A stretch of DNA of 57,068 bases from Chthoniobacteraceae bacterium (lineage in GTDB: Bacteria; Verrucomicrobiota; Verrucomicrobiia; Chthoniobacterales; Chthoniobacteraceae). The stretch covers positions 1-57,068 of the forward strand of contig JANNWY010000229.1 of NCBI GenBank assembly GCA_031409335.1. Reading direction: 5' to 3'. Made by a program: the position numbers and the translations under genes. This document shows, one piece after another, positions 1 to 10,158 of the stretch. The notes beneath the pieces are model-generated. The model did not search any database and was not told the origin of the DNA. It worked only from the letters and a program-made list of their open reading frames with translations. How positions within the stretch are numbered: the stretch's first letter is position 1; the number at the start of each line of letters is the position of its first letter.

Positions 1-317
1 GCGAACTGCGGATCATCCGCCCGCTCCGGTGCGAGCAGCTTGAGCGCGACGAGACGGTTGAGTGATTTCTGCCGCGCCTTGTAAACCACACCCATGCCGC
101 CGCGCCCGAGGCATTCGAGGATTTCGAGCTGCGGAAAATGCGGCGCGAGTTCTTCCGGCGAGAGCGTCTTTTGCGACGCGGCTGGCTCCGCATCCGTCTT
201 GGTCGCCTCCATCGCCTCGGCCATGAGACAGCGCGGGCAAAGTCCCGCCGTGGCCGCCGAGGGCAGGACGGCTCCACACTTCGGGCAGGAGTTCGGAGGT
301 AAAGTTGGTTCGCTCAT
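1..317 (-). CDS. Ser/Thr protein kinase (Hanks type), N-terminal part; runs off the window edge
   Basis: Not in the ORF track; translated by hand from ATG at 317: [19 protein letters not shown]...LCPRCLM...[31 protein letters not shown]. It has an N-terminal Cys-rich knuckle, the Gly-rich loop and the VALK lysine. Confidence 0.93.
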   Translation of the reverse strand, partial: MSEPTLPPNSCPKCGAVLPSAATAGLCPRCLMAEAMEATKTDAEPAASQKTLSPEELAPHFPQLEILECLGRGGMGVVYKARQKSLNRLVALKLLAPERADDPQF

Positions 318-325
318 GCCCCTGT

Positions 326-353
326 CCTGACGTGCTGGCGCGGATTGGTTACC
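326..353 (-). promoter_or_regulatory. Putative ECF sigma promoter GGTAACC-N14-CGTCAGG upstream of the kinase
   Basis: Identical bipartite motif and spacing also occur at 1157-1184; resembles ECF -35 AAC / -10 CGT elements. Confidence 0.7.
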
Positions 354-365
354 AAGATTGTTTCC

Positions 366-1127
366 TCAACTTCCCAGCGCGGCGAACAACGCGCGCATCT
401 CATCCTCGATCGCACCGGAATCATCCAGCGTGCCGGCGACCTCCGTTTTCAGCACCTCGCGAAAACGCCGCTTCAGCCGATGCACCGCGACCTTCAGCGC
501 GTTCGCGTTCATGCCGCAACTCGCCGCCAGCGCCGCCTGGTCGCCGTGCGCGGCCTCTCCCGTGAGCCACGGTTTCACTCCCTCGAAAAACTCCGCGCGT
601 CCCTCGGCGACGCATTCCCGCCGCAGCGCCTCCACGGCGCGCGCCAGCACCGTGAGCGCCCATTGCCGGTCGAAGGCTGCGTCTGGCGAAAGCACACTCG
701 CGTCCGCCACCGCGCGCGCCTCGCCCGCATCGGTGTCATTCAGGGAAATGTTCTCCGCACCGCCGCCACGCTTGAGCCGCCGCGCCGCCTCACGGTGATG
801 CGAAAGAAAGTTTTTCACCGCGCCGAGCAGATAAGAGCGGAAGCGCCCCCGGTCCTGCTCGGCATGGGTGATGGCCCCGCCGGCCAGCACGTTCGCGAAA
901 AAGTCGTGCGCGAGGTCCCGCGCGCCATCCGCGTCGCGGAGTTCGCAGCGGAGAAACGCAGCGACCGGCTCGTAATAGGCATCGCACAGTTCCACCAGCG
1001 CCCGCCGTCCCTCCGGCGATTCCGCCTTCGCGCGGCTGACCTGCGTCCACCGCGTCGTCCGGAAGTCCTCGCCAAGCCTTTCCCGTGGAAGCGGACTGGT
1101 CGTGACGGGTGTTGGTTCAGTGGTCAT
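366..1127 (-). CDS. ECF RNA polymerase sigma-70 factor (kinase-associated PVC type)
   Basis: FRTTRWTQV N-terminus, region 2 (RGRFRSYLLGAVKNFL), region 4 HTH (MNANALKVAVHRLKRRF); directly upstream of the kinase. Confidence 0.9.
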   Translation of the reverse strand: MTTEPTPVTTSPLPRERLGEDFRTTRWTQVSRAKAESPEGRRALVELCDAYYEPVAAFLRCELRDADGARDLAHDFFANVLAGGAITHAEQDRGRFRSYLLGAVKNFLSHHREAARRLKRGGGAENISLNDTDAGEARAVADASVLSPDAAFDRQWALTVLARAVEALRRECVAEGRAEFFEGVKPWLTGEAAHGDQAALAASCGMNANALKVAVHRLKRRFREVLKTEVAGTLDDSGAIEDEMRALFAALGS

Positions 1128-1156
1128 CGGGAGCCGGCGAGATCATGGCGCAGATG

Positions 1157-1184
1157 CCTGACGTTTTGGAGGGGAAAGGTTACC
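1157..1184 (-). promoter_or_regulatory. Putative autoregulatory ECF promoter GGTAACC-N14-CGTCAGG
   Basis: Exact second copy of the motif, about 30 nt upstream of the sigma start codon. Confidence 0.7.
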
Positions 1185-1339
1185 GGCTATTGTCCGCCAC
1201 CTCACAGGCTCAGGCGGTCGGCGGGGGCGAAACGAAAGCGGGCAATTCGCGCCGCCCTAGTTGAACTCCACCGCGCGCGCGTTCGCGGGAATGGCGACGA
1301 CCTTCTCCGGTGATACATCCGCCTCAATCGCGGGGTCAG

Positions 1340-2764
1340 TTACTTTTTCTCGGGTTTTGGGATCTCGCCAAATTGCTCGCGGTAGAGCGTGGCAAAAGTG
1401 TTTTCCTGCGCCGGCACGGCGTTCTCATTCACGAGCTGCGGCTGCACGGAGTCCCACCAGCGATCGTAGGCGGCCTCGAGTTCGCGGACCACTTCGGGAT
1501 GGTCGGCGGCGACATCGCGCTGCTCACCGGGGTCTGTCGGAACATCGAAAAGCTGCCACGCCTTCGCGCCCTTCGGATCGACATTCACGAGATGCCAGCG
1601 GGGCGTGCGCACCGAGCATTGGCGATACTTTGCAGCGGCAGCTTCCCCCGTTTTCCACCGACCGACATGGGTGAAGTGCGTGCGCTCCGGCCACGCGGCG
1701 GCGGGATCGCGCAGCAGCGGCGCGAGGCTGCGGCCCTCGATCTGCGCGCGCTCTTTTTCACCCAGCTCCGCGCCCGCGAGTTCGGCGAGGGTGGGGAAAA
1801 AATCGACGTGCGCGGTCAGCGATGCGCGCGCACCGGGAGCGAGCGCATCGGGCCAGCGCCAGAAACTCGCGGTGCGCGTGGCACCGAGCCAGGGCGTGGC
1901 TTTGCCACCGCGCATTTCCGCGTTCCACACCTTCACGCCGCCCGTTCCACCGTTGTCAGTCATGAAGACGACGAGCGTGTTTTTCGCGATGCCGAAGTCA
2001 TCGATCCGCGCGAGCAGTCGTCCGATGTTGTCGTCGATGTTTGCGATCATTCCGAAATACTTTGCGGTCGCCGGCGGCACTTTTTCGGCGTAGCGCGCTT
2101 CGTCTTCCGGCCGGACTTGCAGGGGTGCGTGCGGCGCGTTGGTGGCGAGATGGCAGTAGAATGGACCGCGATCTTTGACCTGCCCGATCCACGCGAGCGC
2201 CTGCTCGAAAAACACGTCCGTGCAGTAGCCCCGCGTCTTCTCGAACTTGCCGTCGTGCAGGATGAGCGGGTCGAAATACTTGTTCCCGGGTGCGTCGCCG
2301 CACGAGCCCGGATAGGTCTGCCCGATGCCGCCCGCGCCGTGGATGAAGGTTTCGTTGAAGCCCCGCTTCCCGGGCTGATACGCCGGCTCGTCGCCGAGGT
2401 GCCACTTACCAAAAATGCCCGTCGCATAGCCCGCGCGCTGCAACACCTGCGGCAGCGTGATCGCATCGAGTGTGAGCCGCTCGCGCTCCTGGATCGTGTG
2501 CGTCACGCCATTGCGAAACTCATGTCGCCCGGTGAGCAGCGCCGCGCGCGTCGGGGCGCAAGTCGGCGAGACGTGGAAGTCCGTGAAGCGCACACTCTCG
2601 GCGTGCAGGCGGTCGAGATTCGGCGTCTTGAGGATCGGATTTCCGTGCGCGGAAATGTCGCCGTAACCCTGGTCGTCGGTGAGGATGAAAATGATGTTGG
2701 GCTTCGGCGCGGCGAGCGCGGAGGCAGTCAGGATGCAGTAGAGAAAAAGGCGGATGAGATTCAT
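1340..2764 (-). CDS. Arylsulfatase (Cys-type)
   Basis: Signal peptide, PNIIFILTDDQG, CAPTR motif, GKWHLG; start MNLIRL chosen from the ATGA overlap with the upstream gene. Confidence 0.92.
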   Translation of the reverse strand: MNLIRLFLYCILTASALAAPKPNIIFILTDDQGYGDISAHGNPILKTPNLDRLHAESVRFTDFHVSPTCAPTRAALLTGRHEFRNGVTHTIQERERLTLDAITLPQVLQRAGYATGIFGKWHLGDEPAYQPGKRGFNETFIHGAGGIGQTYPGSCGDAPGNKYFDPLILHDGKFEKTRGYCTDVFFEQALAWIGQVKDRGPFYCHLATNAPHAPLQVRPEDEARYAEKVPPATAKYFGMIANIDDNIGRLLARIDDFGIAKNTLVVFMTDNGGTGGVKVWNAEMRGGKATPWLGATRTASFWRWPDALAPGARASLTAHVDFFPTLAELAGAELGEKERAQIEGRSLAPLLRDPAAAWPERTHFTHVGRWKTGEAAAAKYRQCSVRTPRWHLVNVDPKGAKAWQLFDVPTDPGEQRDVAADHPEVVRELEAAYDRWWDSVQPQLVNENAVPAQENTFATLYREQFGEIPKPEKK

Positions 2765-4377
2765 TTTTCGATGGGCATGGCGGGCAAATACTCTTCGCGG
2801 CTGACAAAGCCATCCGCATTCGCATCGCGAGCGGTGAACCACTTTTCCGCATCCGCCGCGGGGCGCCCCGCGCTGAATTCTTCCTTGCTCAACTTTCTGT
2901 CGTCGTTCCCGTCGAGTCTCGCAAACGCGGCGGCGCGCGGGCTCGCGGCGGGATTCGCTGTTTGCACGCCAGCCATCAAAGCGGGCAGCGGCAGGTAGTC
3001 GAAATCGACGATCATCTTTTCCGCGAGCGCGACGCGGAGCGCATGTTCGATTTCCCGCACTTCGGATTTTCCGCTGAGGTTGTTGAGTTCCGATGGGTCG
3101 GCTTCGAGATCGTACAATTCATACACGGGACGCGGCGTGGTGAAATAGGTCACCGCCACGGCAGGCGCGAGTTTCCCCGCGGCACGCGCTTCCCGCATCT
3201 GCGTCCATGCTGCGCCAGTCATGCTATCCACCGGCGAGTAGGGAATCCACGGCGTGCAGTTGTAGATCAGCTTGTGACGTTCACTACGCACCGCACGGCT
3301 GAGGTCGTAGCCGTTGCTCGTCATATCCACCGTCACCGGTGCGCCGCCATGCGGGCCGCGCTCGATGAAGACGTGCTTCCGCGCCGCGTGCGCCTCGCCG
3401 CGCAGGAGCGGGAGAAAGCTGACGCCGCTCATCTTTTCCGGCGCGGCAACACCCGCCGCGGCGAGCAGCGTGGGCGCGAGATCTTCACCACTCAACAGCG
3501 CGCGCGATTCGCCGCCCGCTATCACCACGCCGGGCCAGCGCACGAGGAAGGGCACGTTCGAGCCGGGATCGTACAGCGAACCTTTTCCGTGCGGCAGCGC
3601 CGCGCCGTTGTCGCCGCAGAAAACGACGATCGTGTTCTTCGCGAGCCCGCGTTTCTCCAGCACTTCGAGGCACGCCTGCACCTGCTCATCCACGCGATTC
3701 ACCTCGCCGCAGTAGTCGGCAAGCTGCTCGCGCAAACCCGGCAGATCGGGCCAGTGCGGCGGGAGTTTCAGCGCAGCGGGATCGGGCCGCGCGCTCATTT
3801 CATTCCACGGATGATGCGGATTGCTGAAATTTGCCCACAGAAAAAACGGCTTCCCCTCGGGCCGCTGCGCGAGGAACTCCTCCACCTTTGCCTCCACGCC
3901 TTTGCCGCCACTGGAATCGAGATAGTCCACGCGCCCCGCAAACGTCTTCATGCCACGCTCCTGCAGCAGCCTCGACAGCTCCGCATCGCCCTTTGGCACC
4001 GAGCCATCGAGGTGAAAATGCCGCCCGCAAATACCGGTGAAATATCCCGCCTTTTCGCGCAGCAGCTCCGGCAGGGTGATTTCATCCTTCGCCAGCGGCG
4101 ACGAAAACCGCGTGATGCGCGCCGCGACCGGCGAGCGCCCCGTCATCAGCGAAGCGCGCGAGGGCACACACTGCGGCGCGGTCGTGAAAAAGCGATGGAA
4201 CTTCATCCCCTCCGCCGCGAGCCGGTCGAGATGCGGCGTCGTCACATTCGCATCGCCGTAGCAGCTCAGGAATGGGTAGCTGTGATCGTCGGAGAGCAGG
4301 AAAATGATGTTCGGTTTTTCCGCCGCGATGGCGGGCAGGGCGAGGACGATGAGGAGGATGAGTAGCGCGCGTTTCAT
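2761..4377 (-). CDS. Sulfatase with C-terminal EF-hand pair
   Basis: PNIIFLLSDD, CVPSR motif; C-terminal DGNDDRKLSKEE and DANADGFVSREE loops. Confidence 0.92.
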   Translation of the reverse strand: MKRALLILLIVLALPAIAAEKPNIIFLLSDDHSYPFLSCYGDANVTTPHLDRLAAEGMKFHRFFTTAPQCVPSRASLMTGRSPVAARITRFSSPLAKDEITLPELLREKAGYFTGICGRHFHLDGSVPKGDAELSRLLQERGMKTFAGRVDYLDSSGGKGVEAKVEEFLAQRPEGKPFFLWANFSNPHHPWNEMSARPDPAALKLPPHWPDLPGLREQLADYCGEVNRVDEQVQACLEVLEKRGLAKNTIVVFCGDNGAALPHGKGSLYDPGSNVPFLVRWPGVVIAGGESRALLSGEDLAPTLLAAAGVAAPEKMSGVSFLPLLRGEAHAARKHVFIERGPHGGAPVTVDMTSNGYDLSRAVRSERHKLIYNCTPWIPYSPVDSMTGAAWTQMREARAAGKLAPAVAVTYFTTPRPVYELYDLEADPSELNNLSGKSEVREIEHALRVALAEKMIVDFDYLPLPALMAGVQTANPAASPRAAAFARLDGNDDRKLSKEEFSAGRPAADAEKWFTARDANADGFVSREEYLPAMPIEK

Positions 4378-4390
4378 GGTGTGATGGGAG

Positions 4391-5965
4391 TTAGCGGGCG
4401 GGCGTCAGCGGCTCCTTTTCGTAGTCGCTCGCGCGCACCCATCCAGTCGCCGGTTTTTCGCCGCGCTGGAAGCGTTCGTAAAAGCCAACGTGCCCGCGAT
4501 TCGCGTGTTCGTAGCGGTCGAAGATCGCGCCGTCACCGACCACGCGCGGGTCGCCCTGCTGGCGGAGTTCGGCGAGCATTTCCTCGCGCAGCGAGGATTG
4601 CGCGGCGGCGCCTTGCGGTGAAAGCGCGAGATTGCGCAGGCAGTCGGGGTCGTTGCGCAGGTCGTAAAGTTCCTCGCCTGGACGCATGCCAAAGCACAGC
4701 GCCCAATGCGGGTCGGCGGGATTCGCGCGGCGCGCGTCGAGGATGAAACTTTTCGTCGGGCCGGCATCGCAATCGAGATAACCCGTCTCGGGATTTCCCG
4801 CCGGCCAGCGCGAGGGCTCGAAGTTTTTCAGGTAAAGCCAGCCGTCCTTGATGATGCCGCGCGTCGGATAACCCGCGTCGTCTGGCCGCCCGATGTCCGT
4901 GCGCTCCTTGCCGATCAGCACATGATCGCGCGCCGGATTCACGAGACCCGATTTCTCCGAGCGGAAGATTTCCGTGAGACTGCGCCCCGGCGATTCCGCC
5001 ATCCCGGTCGCGGCCCACTTCAGCCCCGCGATCTCGATGAGCGTCGGCGCGATGTCGATGAAACTCACGAAGTCCTCCACCGCGCGTCCTGGCTTCGCGA
5101 TGCCGCGCGGCCACATCGCGGCGAGCGGCACATGATTCGCAAACTCATACGCATTCCCCTTCACCCGCGGGAAAGGCATCGCGTGATCGCTCGTCACGAT
5201 CACCAGCGTATTCGCGAGCTGCCCGCGCTTTTCCAACTCGGCCAGCATCCGCCCGAGATGCCGGTCGAAATGCTCGATCTCAAACGCGTAGTCGAGCAGG
5301 TCCGTCCGCGTCGTCTCATTGTCCGGCCAGTAGCCCGGCACGCGGTCGATGTCCGCCAGCTTCTTCCCGCCCTTCGCGATGCCGGAGCCGAATTCATATC
5401 CACGATGCGGCTCGACCGCGCCGTACCAGAAGCACCACGGCTTTTCCGCGGGAGCGGCATCGAGAAACGCGGAGAAATTTCCCGCGTAATCATTGCCACT
5501 GATCTCCGGCGTCGGCGGCGCTGCCTTGCGCGCATTGAAAGCGACGCCCGTCATCTGCCGAGGCTTTCCGTCCGCGCCCGTGGCCACGCCCGGACCCCAG
5601 CCTTTTTGCGTGTGCCCCACGCGCCAACCATGCTCCGCGAGCGCCTCGGCCCAGCCTTTGAACTCCGCGGGGAAAAAGCAGACGTGATTCGCCGCCTCCT
5701 TGAGCTGCCACGAATTGCGCCCGGTGAGCAGGCACGCCCGCGACGGCGCGCATTTCGCATTCGGCGTGTAGGCGTTTTGAAACAGCACGCCCTCGCGCGC
5801 CACGCGATCAAACGCCGGCGTCTTCACCCAGGCCGTGCCATAAGCGCCCGCGTGTTTCCCCCAATCGTCGGCGATGGCGAAGAGGATATTTGGCGGCGCA
5901 TCGGCGGCGGGCAAAACTGCCGTAGTCTGCGTGAGAACGAGAACAAGGATGGTGAGGAGCTTCAT
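4391..5965 (-). CDS. Sulfatase (sulfamidase/heparan N-sulfatase-like)
   Basis: [17 protein letters not shown] motif; start MKLLTIL at an ATGA overlap. Confidence 0.9.
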   Translation of the reverse strand: MKLLTILVLVLTQTTAVLPAADAPPNILFAIADDWGKHAGAYGTAWVKTPAFDRVAREGVLFQNAYTPNAKCAPSRACLLTGRNSWQLKEAANHVCFFPAEFKGWAEALAEHGWRVGHTQKGWGPGVATGADGKPRQMTGVAFNARKAAPPTPEISGNDYAGNFSAFLDAAPAEKPWCFWYGAVEPHRGYEFGSGIAKGGKKLADIDRVPGYWPDNETTRTDLLDYAFEIEHFDRHLGRMLAELEKRGQLANTLVIVTSDHAMPFPRVKGNAYEFANHVPLAAMWPRGIAKPGRAVEDFVSFIDIAPTLIEIAGLKWAATGMAESPGRSLTEIFRSEKSGLVNPARDHVLIGKERTDIGRPDDAGYPTRGIIKDGWLYLKNFEPSRWPAGNPETGYLDCDAGPTKSFILDARRANPADPHWALCFGMRPGEELYDLRNDPDCLRNLALSPQGAAAQSSLREEMLAELRQQGDPRVVGDGAIFDRYEHANRGHVGFYERFQRGEKPATGWVRASDYEKEPLTPAR

Positions 5966-7686
5966 TGCGGTTTGCGTTTGGTTTTGCCGGGAGCTGGTTT
6001 GTCCCACGGCCATGGGAGGACGTTCGCGCGCCTTGCCCACGCCTGCCATTTTGACGCGAGATCTTTCACCCGTGCGGGTTCTTGCGCGGCGAGGTCATGG
6101 AGTTCCGAGCGATCCGCCGCGAGGTCGTACAGTTCCCACGCGGCGGCGGGGCCTTTGGCGACGAGCTTCCAGTCGCCTTCGCGAATGGCGCGGTTGCCTT
6201 CATGCTCCCAGACGAGCGGCTGCGTGCGCGCGAGCGGTTGACCGGCCATGGCCGGGCGCAGGCTCACGCCTTCGAGCGGCGTGATTTTTTGGCCATCGCG
6301 CTCGGCGGGGTATTGCGCGCCGGTCACGTCGAGCACGGTCGCCATGATGTCCACGAGTTGCCCGGGCTGATGCGCGAGCTGCCCGCTTCCGCTGGCCGCG
6401 ATGCCCGCCGGCCAGTGCGCCACCAGCGGCGTGGCGATGCCGCCTTCGTGGACCCAGTGCTTGTATTCGCGAAAGGGCGTGTTGCTCACATTCGCCCACT
6501 CGCGCCCATAGGAAATGTAAGTGTCGGCCCCGCCTGGCATCGTGCCGTAACCCATGCGAACCGGCCAGCCATCGCGGGTTTGTTTGGGCGTGCTGTTGTA
6601 TTGAAAATCCCCCGTCGCCATCAGCGGCAGCGTCGGTTTTTCACCGCGGGGTTCAGTCTTAGGGCCGCGGCCGATGGTTTCGGCGCACCCGCCATTGTCC
6701 TGAAGGTAAAAGATCAGCGTGTTCTCAAACTGCCCGCGCTCTTTCAACTCCGCGATCACGCGCCCGATGCCCTGATCCATGCTGTCCACCATCGCCGCAT
6801 AGACTTCCATGCAGCGTGTCTCGAACTCGCGATTTTTCACCTCGCTCCAGTCGCCGACGAGCGGCGACGGCGTCCACTTTTCATCCACCACGCCGAGCTG
6901 TTTCTGCTTTGCCCAGCGCGCCTCGCGGATCGCCGCGTAGCCCGCGTCGTAGCGTCCGCGATACTTCGCGATGTCCGCCGCCTTCGCGTGCATCGGCCAG
7001 TGCGCTGCCGTGTAGGCGACGTAGAGAAAAAACGGTTCCTTCGCGTGGTCGCGCGCGTGGTCGCCGATGAAACGCACGGCGTGATCGCTGATCGCGTCGG
7101 TGTAGTAAAATTCCGCCGGACGATACTCCGCGTCATTCACCGCGGTGATCTGCGCGTCGTCGCGCACGAGCGCGCTCGGATCCCAGTAGCTGCCTGCGCC
7201 GTGGATCGTGCCGTAGAAACGCGCGAACCCGCGCTGGAGCGGCCAGTTCGACGAGATGCCCAGCTCCTTGGCGCTCTGCCCCGGCGTGACGTGCCACTTC
7301 CCGACCGCGTAGCTGCGATAGCCCGCTGGCTTCAGCGCCTCGGCCAGCGTCACGCAGTGGCGGTTCAGATTGCCGCGATAGCCGCCGAGCCCCTTGTCCT
7401 CCATCATGTGCCCCACGCCCGCCTGGTGCGGGTGCAGCCCCGTGAGCAGGGAAGCGCGCGTCGGGCAGCAGCGCGCGGTGTTGTAAAACTGTGTGAATCG
7501 CACGCCGCCTGCGGCGAGCGCATCGAGATTTGGCGTCTCGATTTCACCGCCGTAGCAGCCGATGTCGGAGAAGCCCATGTCGTCCGCGAGGACGACGATC
7601 ACGTTCGGCCGTTCGGCAGCGGCGAGGGCGCCTTCGGCGAAAAACAGGGCGCAGAGTGGAGCGAGGAAATCGCGGGGTAGTTTCAT
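5962..7686 (-). CDS. Arylsulfatase (AtsA-like)
   Basis: [20 protein letters not shown] motif, [11 protein letters not shown]. Confidence 0.92.
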   Translation of the reverse strand: MKLPRDFLAPLCALFFAEGALAAAERPNVIVVLADDMGFSDIGCYGGEIETPNLDALAAGGVRFTQFYNTARCCPTRASLLTGLHPHQAGVGHMMEDKGLGGYRGNLNRHCVTLAEALKPAGYRSYAVGKWHVTPGQSAKELGISSNWPLQRGFARFYGTIHGAGSYWDPSALVRDDAQITAVNDAEYRPAEFYYTDAISDHAVRFIGDHARDHAKEPFFLYVAYTAAHWPMHAKAADIAKYRGRYDAGYAAIREARWAKQKQLGVVDEKWTPSPLVGDWSEVKNREFETRCMEVYAAMVDSMDQGIGRVIAELKERGQFENTLIFYLQDNGGCAETIGRGPKTEPRGEKPTLPLMATGDFQYNSTPKQTRDGWPVRMGYGTMPGGADTYISYGREWANVSNTPFREYKHWVHEGGIATPLVAHWPAGIAASGSGQLAHQPGQLVDIMATVLDVTGAQYPAERDGQKITPLEGVSLRPAMAGQPLARTQPLVWEHEGNRAIREGDWKLVAKGPAAAWELYDLAADRSELHDLAAQEPARVKDLASKWQAWARRANVLPWPWDKPAPGKTKRKPQ

Positions 7687-8528
7687 TTGGCAATGTCTGG
7701 ATCGAGCGTCGGCGGGCCAGCGATCCAGCCGAGCGAGACGAGGAATTTATCGGCCTCGGCGAGCGTCTGCGACTTGTGCGGCTCCTTGTTAAAAAAACCG
7801 TGAATGCCGCCGGGATACACCTGCGCGTCGCAGCGCGCACCCGCCTGCTTCATCGCCGCCTCGAACTCGCGGAGCACCGCCACCGGGATCAATTTGTCGG
7901 CATCGCCGAGAAACACGATGGTCGGCGGCGCGGTTTTCGTGATGTGGTGCGCGGGTGAAAACTCTTTGAAACGTTCGCCAACGCGCCCGTGTCCCCACTG
8001 GCCCGGGCCATTGTTGAAGACCGGATTGAAGAGCAGCAGCGCATCCGGCTTGCAGGAAATTTTGAGATCGTCCGCCGCGTCATCAAGCCCATCCACCAGC
8101 GCCGTGAAGGCCGCGAGATGTCCACCCGCCGAGCCGCCCGCGGCGGCGATGCGCGTCGGATCGATTCCCAGCTCCGCCGCATGCGCGCGCACATACCGCA
8201 CCGCCGACTTCGCATCCGCGCAGCAGACGATCGGTGGACCTTTGTCATCCTTTGCGAGGACGCGATACTCCACGCGAATCCCCACCAGGCCGCGCGTCGC
8301 GAAGTATTCGCTCTGCCCGCGAAACTGCTCCGGCGTCCCGGACACCCACGCGCCACCGAAGAAAAACACGATGGCCGGCCGCTTGTCCGCCGCCTTCCAG
8401 TCCACGGGTTTATCAATGTGCAGCCGCAACTCGCGGTCGCCGGCTTTTTTGAAAACGAGCGTCTCCGCCGCGTACAGGGCGCTGGCGGAGATCAAAAATG
8501 CGAGCGTGAAAAGGATGCGCGAAATCAT
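7683..8528 (-). CDS. Secreted alpha/beta hydrolase (HSL-like esterase)
   Basis: Signal peptide, FGGAW oxyanion motif, GGSAGG nucleophile, HGFF. Confidence 0.88.
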   Translation of the reverse strand: MISRILFTLAFLISASALYAAETLVFKKAGDRELRLHIDKPVDWKAADKRPAIVFFFGGAWVSGTPEQFRGQSEYFATRGLVGIRVEYRVLAKDDKGPPIVCCADAKSAVRYVRAHAAELGIDPTRIAAAGGSAGGHLAAFTALVDGLDDAADDLKISCKPDALLLFNPVFNNGPGQWGHGRVGERFKEFSPAHHITKTAPPTIVFLGDADKLIPVAVLREFEAAMKQAGARCDAQVYPGGIHGFFNKEPHKSQTLAEADKFLVSLGWIAGPPTLDPDIAK

Positions 8529-8558
8529 GGTGCCGGGGTTTTCTGGAGCATATTTTCG

Positions 8559-10034
8559 TCAGCGGATTTTTGCGTCGGGAAGTTGCGACTTGATGCCTTC
8601 GTCGAGCGGCATCTTGTCTTTGTCGGGCGTCAGATCCTCGGCGCTGAGCAGCGCGGCGAGCTGCTTTTCCAAGCCGCCGCGCGTCGCCGCATGCGCGGGA
8701 TCGTTGGCGAGATTACGCAGCTCCGCAGGATCGGCGGTGAGGTGGTAAAGTTCGGCCATGTGCTTGTCGGGCGAGCCGTCGCCGTGCGGGTAGCGGATGA
8801 ATTTCCACTCGTCCCCGCGGATGCCGCGCACGTTCGGCGTGTAGGGAAATTGTTTCTCGTAGTTGTATTCGTAAAACCACGCGGTGCGCCACGCCGGGTC
8901 GCCGTCGTTCGCGAGCTTGCGCCACGAGCGGCCCTGGATTTTCTCCAGCGCTGACGCGCCGCACAGGTCGAGCACACTTGGCGCGACATCGAGCGTGAGC
9001 ACTTGCTGGCGCACGACTTTTCCCGGCGGCAGCCCCGGCCCGCGCGCGATGATCGGGATGCGAATGCTCGGCTCGTGCATCGTGCGTTTGTCCACCATGC
9101 CGTGCTCGCCTTCGAGCAGGCCGTTGTCGCCCATGAAAACGATCAGCGTGTTTTCCAATTGCCCGCGCTCTTTCAAAAACGCCACCAGCCGCCCGACGCT
9201 GTCATCGACCGAAAGCACGGTGCCCCAGTAGCCATGCACCATGTTTTCGAAATCCTTCACCGCCTCGGGCCGCTCATCGGGAAAATTTTTGCGCCACTCA
9301 AAGAGCGGGCCGTAAATGCCATGCCACGTCGTGAGCCGTTGCTTGATCCACGCTGGCTTGGCATCGAGGGCAAAAGCGCTCGCCGGATACGGCACGCGCA
9401 CCGCATCAAACGTGTGCGCGTATTTTTCCTCCGGCGTGTAAAAACTGTGCGGTGCCTTTTGCCCGATGCACAGCGCCCACGGCTTCGCGGCGTCGCGCTG
9501 CTTCAGCCAGTCGAGCGCGAGATCGGTGACGGTCGTGGTGTAGTAGCCGGGGATCACTTTCGCGCCCGCGCCGTTCAAGCTCCACTCAGTGTCGAAATAC
9601 TTCCCCTGTCCCTTGTGCGTCGCGAACCAATCGAAGCCCGGTCGCGGCGCATCATTGGTTTCGCCCATGTGCCATTTGCCGATGTATGCCGTCGCGTAGC
9701 CCGTCTCGCGCAGCCGCCCCGGCCAGTGCGGGAGCGCGGCGGGCAGTTCGGTGAAATTATCCCGCACGCCGTGACGATGCGCATACAGCCCGGTGAGGAT
9801 GCTCGCGCGGCTCGGCGAGCAGAGCGACGTGGTGCAAAAAGCGTTCGCGAATCGCACGCCGCTGCCCGCGAGCGCGTCGATGTGCGGCGTCTTCACATGC
9901 GCCGATCCGTAGCACCCGAGCGCATCGGGTCGCAGATCGTCGCAGAGGATGAAGAGGACGTTGGGCTTTTCCGCGCCCCGGGCCATGCCGGAAAGTGCGA
10001 GGACGAACGCGAGCAGTGGGAGGATCAGTTTCAT
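8559..10034 (-). CDS. Sulfatase (N-acetylglucosamine-6-sulfatase-like)
   Basis: [15 protein letters not shown] motif, GKWHMG; start MKLILP. Confidence 0.9.
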   Translation of the reverse strand: MKLILPLLAFVLALSGMARGAEKPNVLFILCDDLRPDALGCYGSAHVKTPHIDALAGSGVRFANAFCTTSLCSPSRASILTGLYAHRHGVRDNFTELPAALPHWPGRLRETGYATAYIGKWHMGETNDAPRPGFDWFATHKGQGKYFDTEWSLNGAGAKVIPGYYTTTVTDLALDWLKQRDAAKPWALCIGQKAPHSFYTPEEKYAHTFDAVRVPYPASAFALDAKPAWIKQRLTTWHGIYGPLFEWRKNFPDERPEAVKDFENMVHGYWGTVLSVDDSVGRLVAFLKERGQLENTLIVFMGDNGLLEGEHGMVDKRTMHEPSIRIPIIARGPGLPPGKVVRQQVLTLDVAPSVLDLCGASALEKIQGRSWRKLANDGDPAWRTAWFYEYNYEKQFPYTPNVRGIRGDEWKFIRYPHGDGSPDKHMAELYHLTADPAELRNLANDPAHAATRGGLEKQLAALLSAEDLTPDKDKMPLDEGIKSQLPDAKIR

Positions 10035-10158
10035 GTCGGAGCGCGGTGTGATACCGCGCCGCGCGGGCGATGTCACCCGCCGTGATCGCCTCGCCCGGCA
10101 CATTCAGTTGCTAAGTTTGTGGCACCTTTGCGGAGTTCGCAGGACACTTGTCCGCCCG

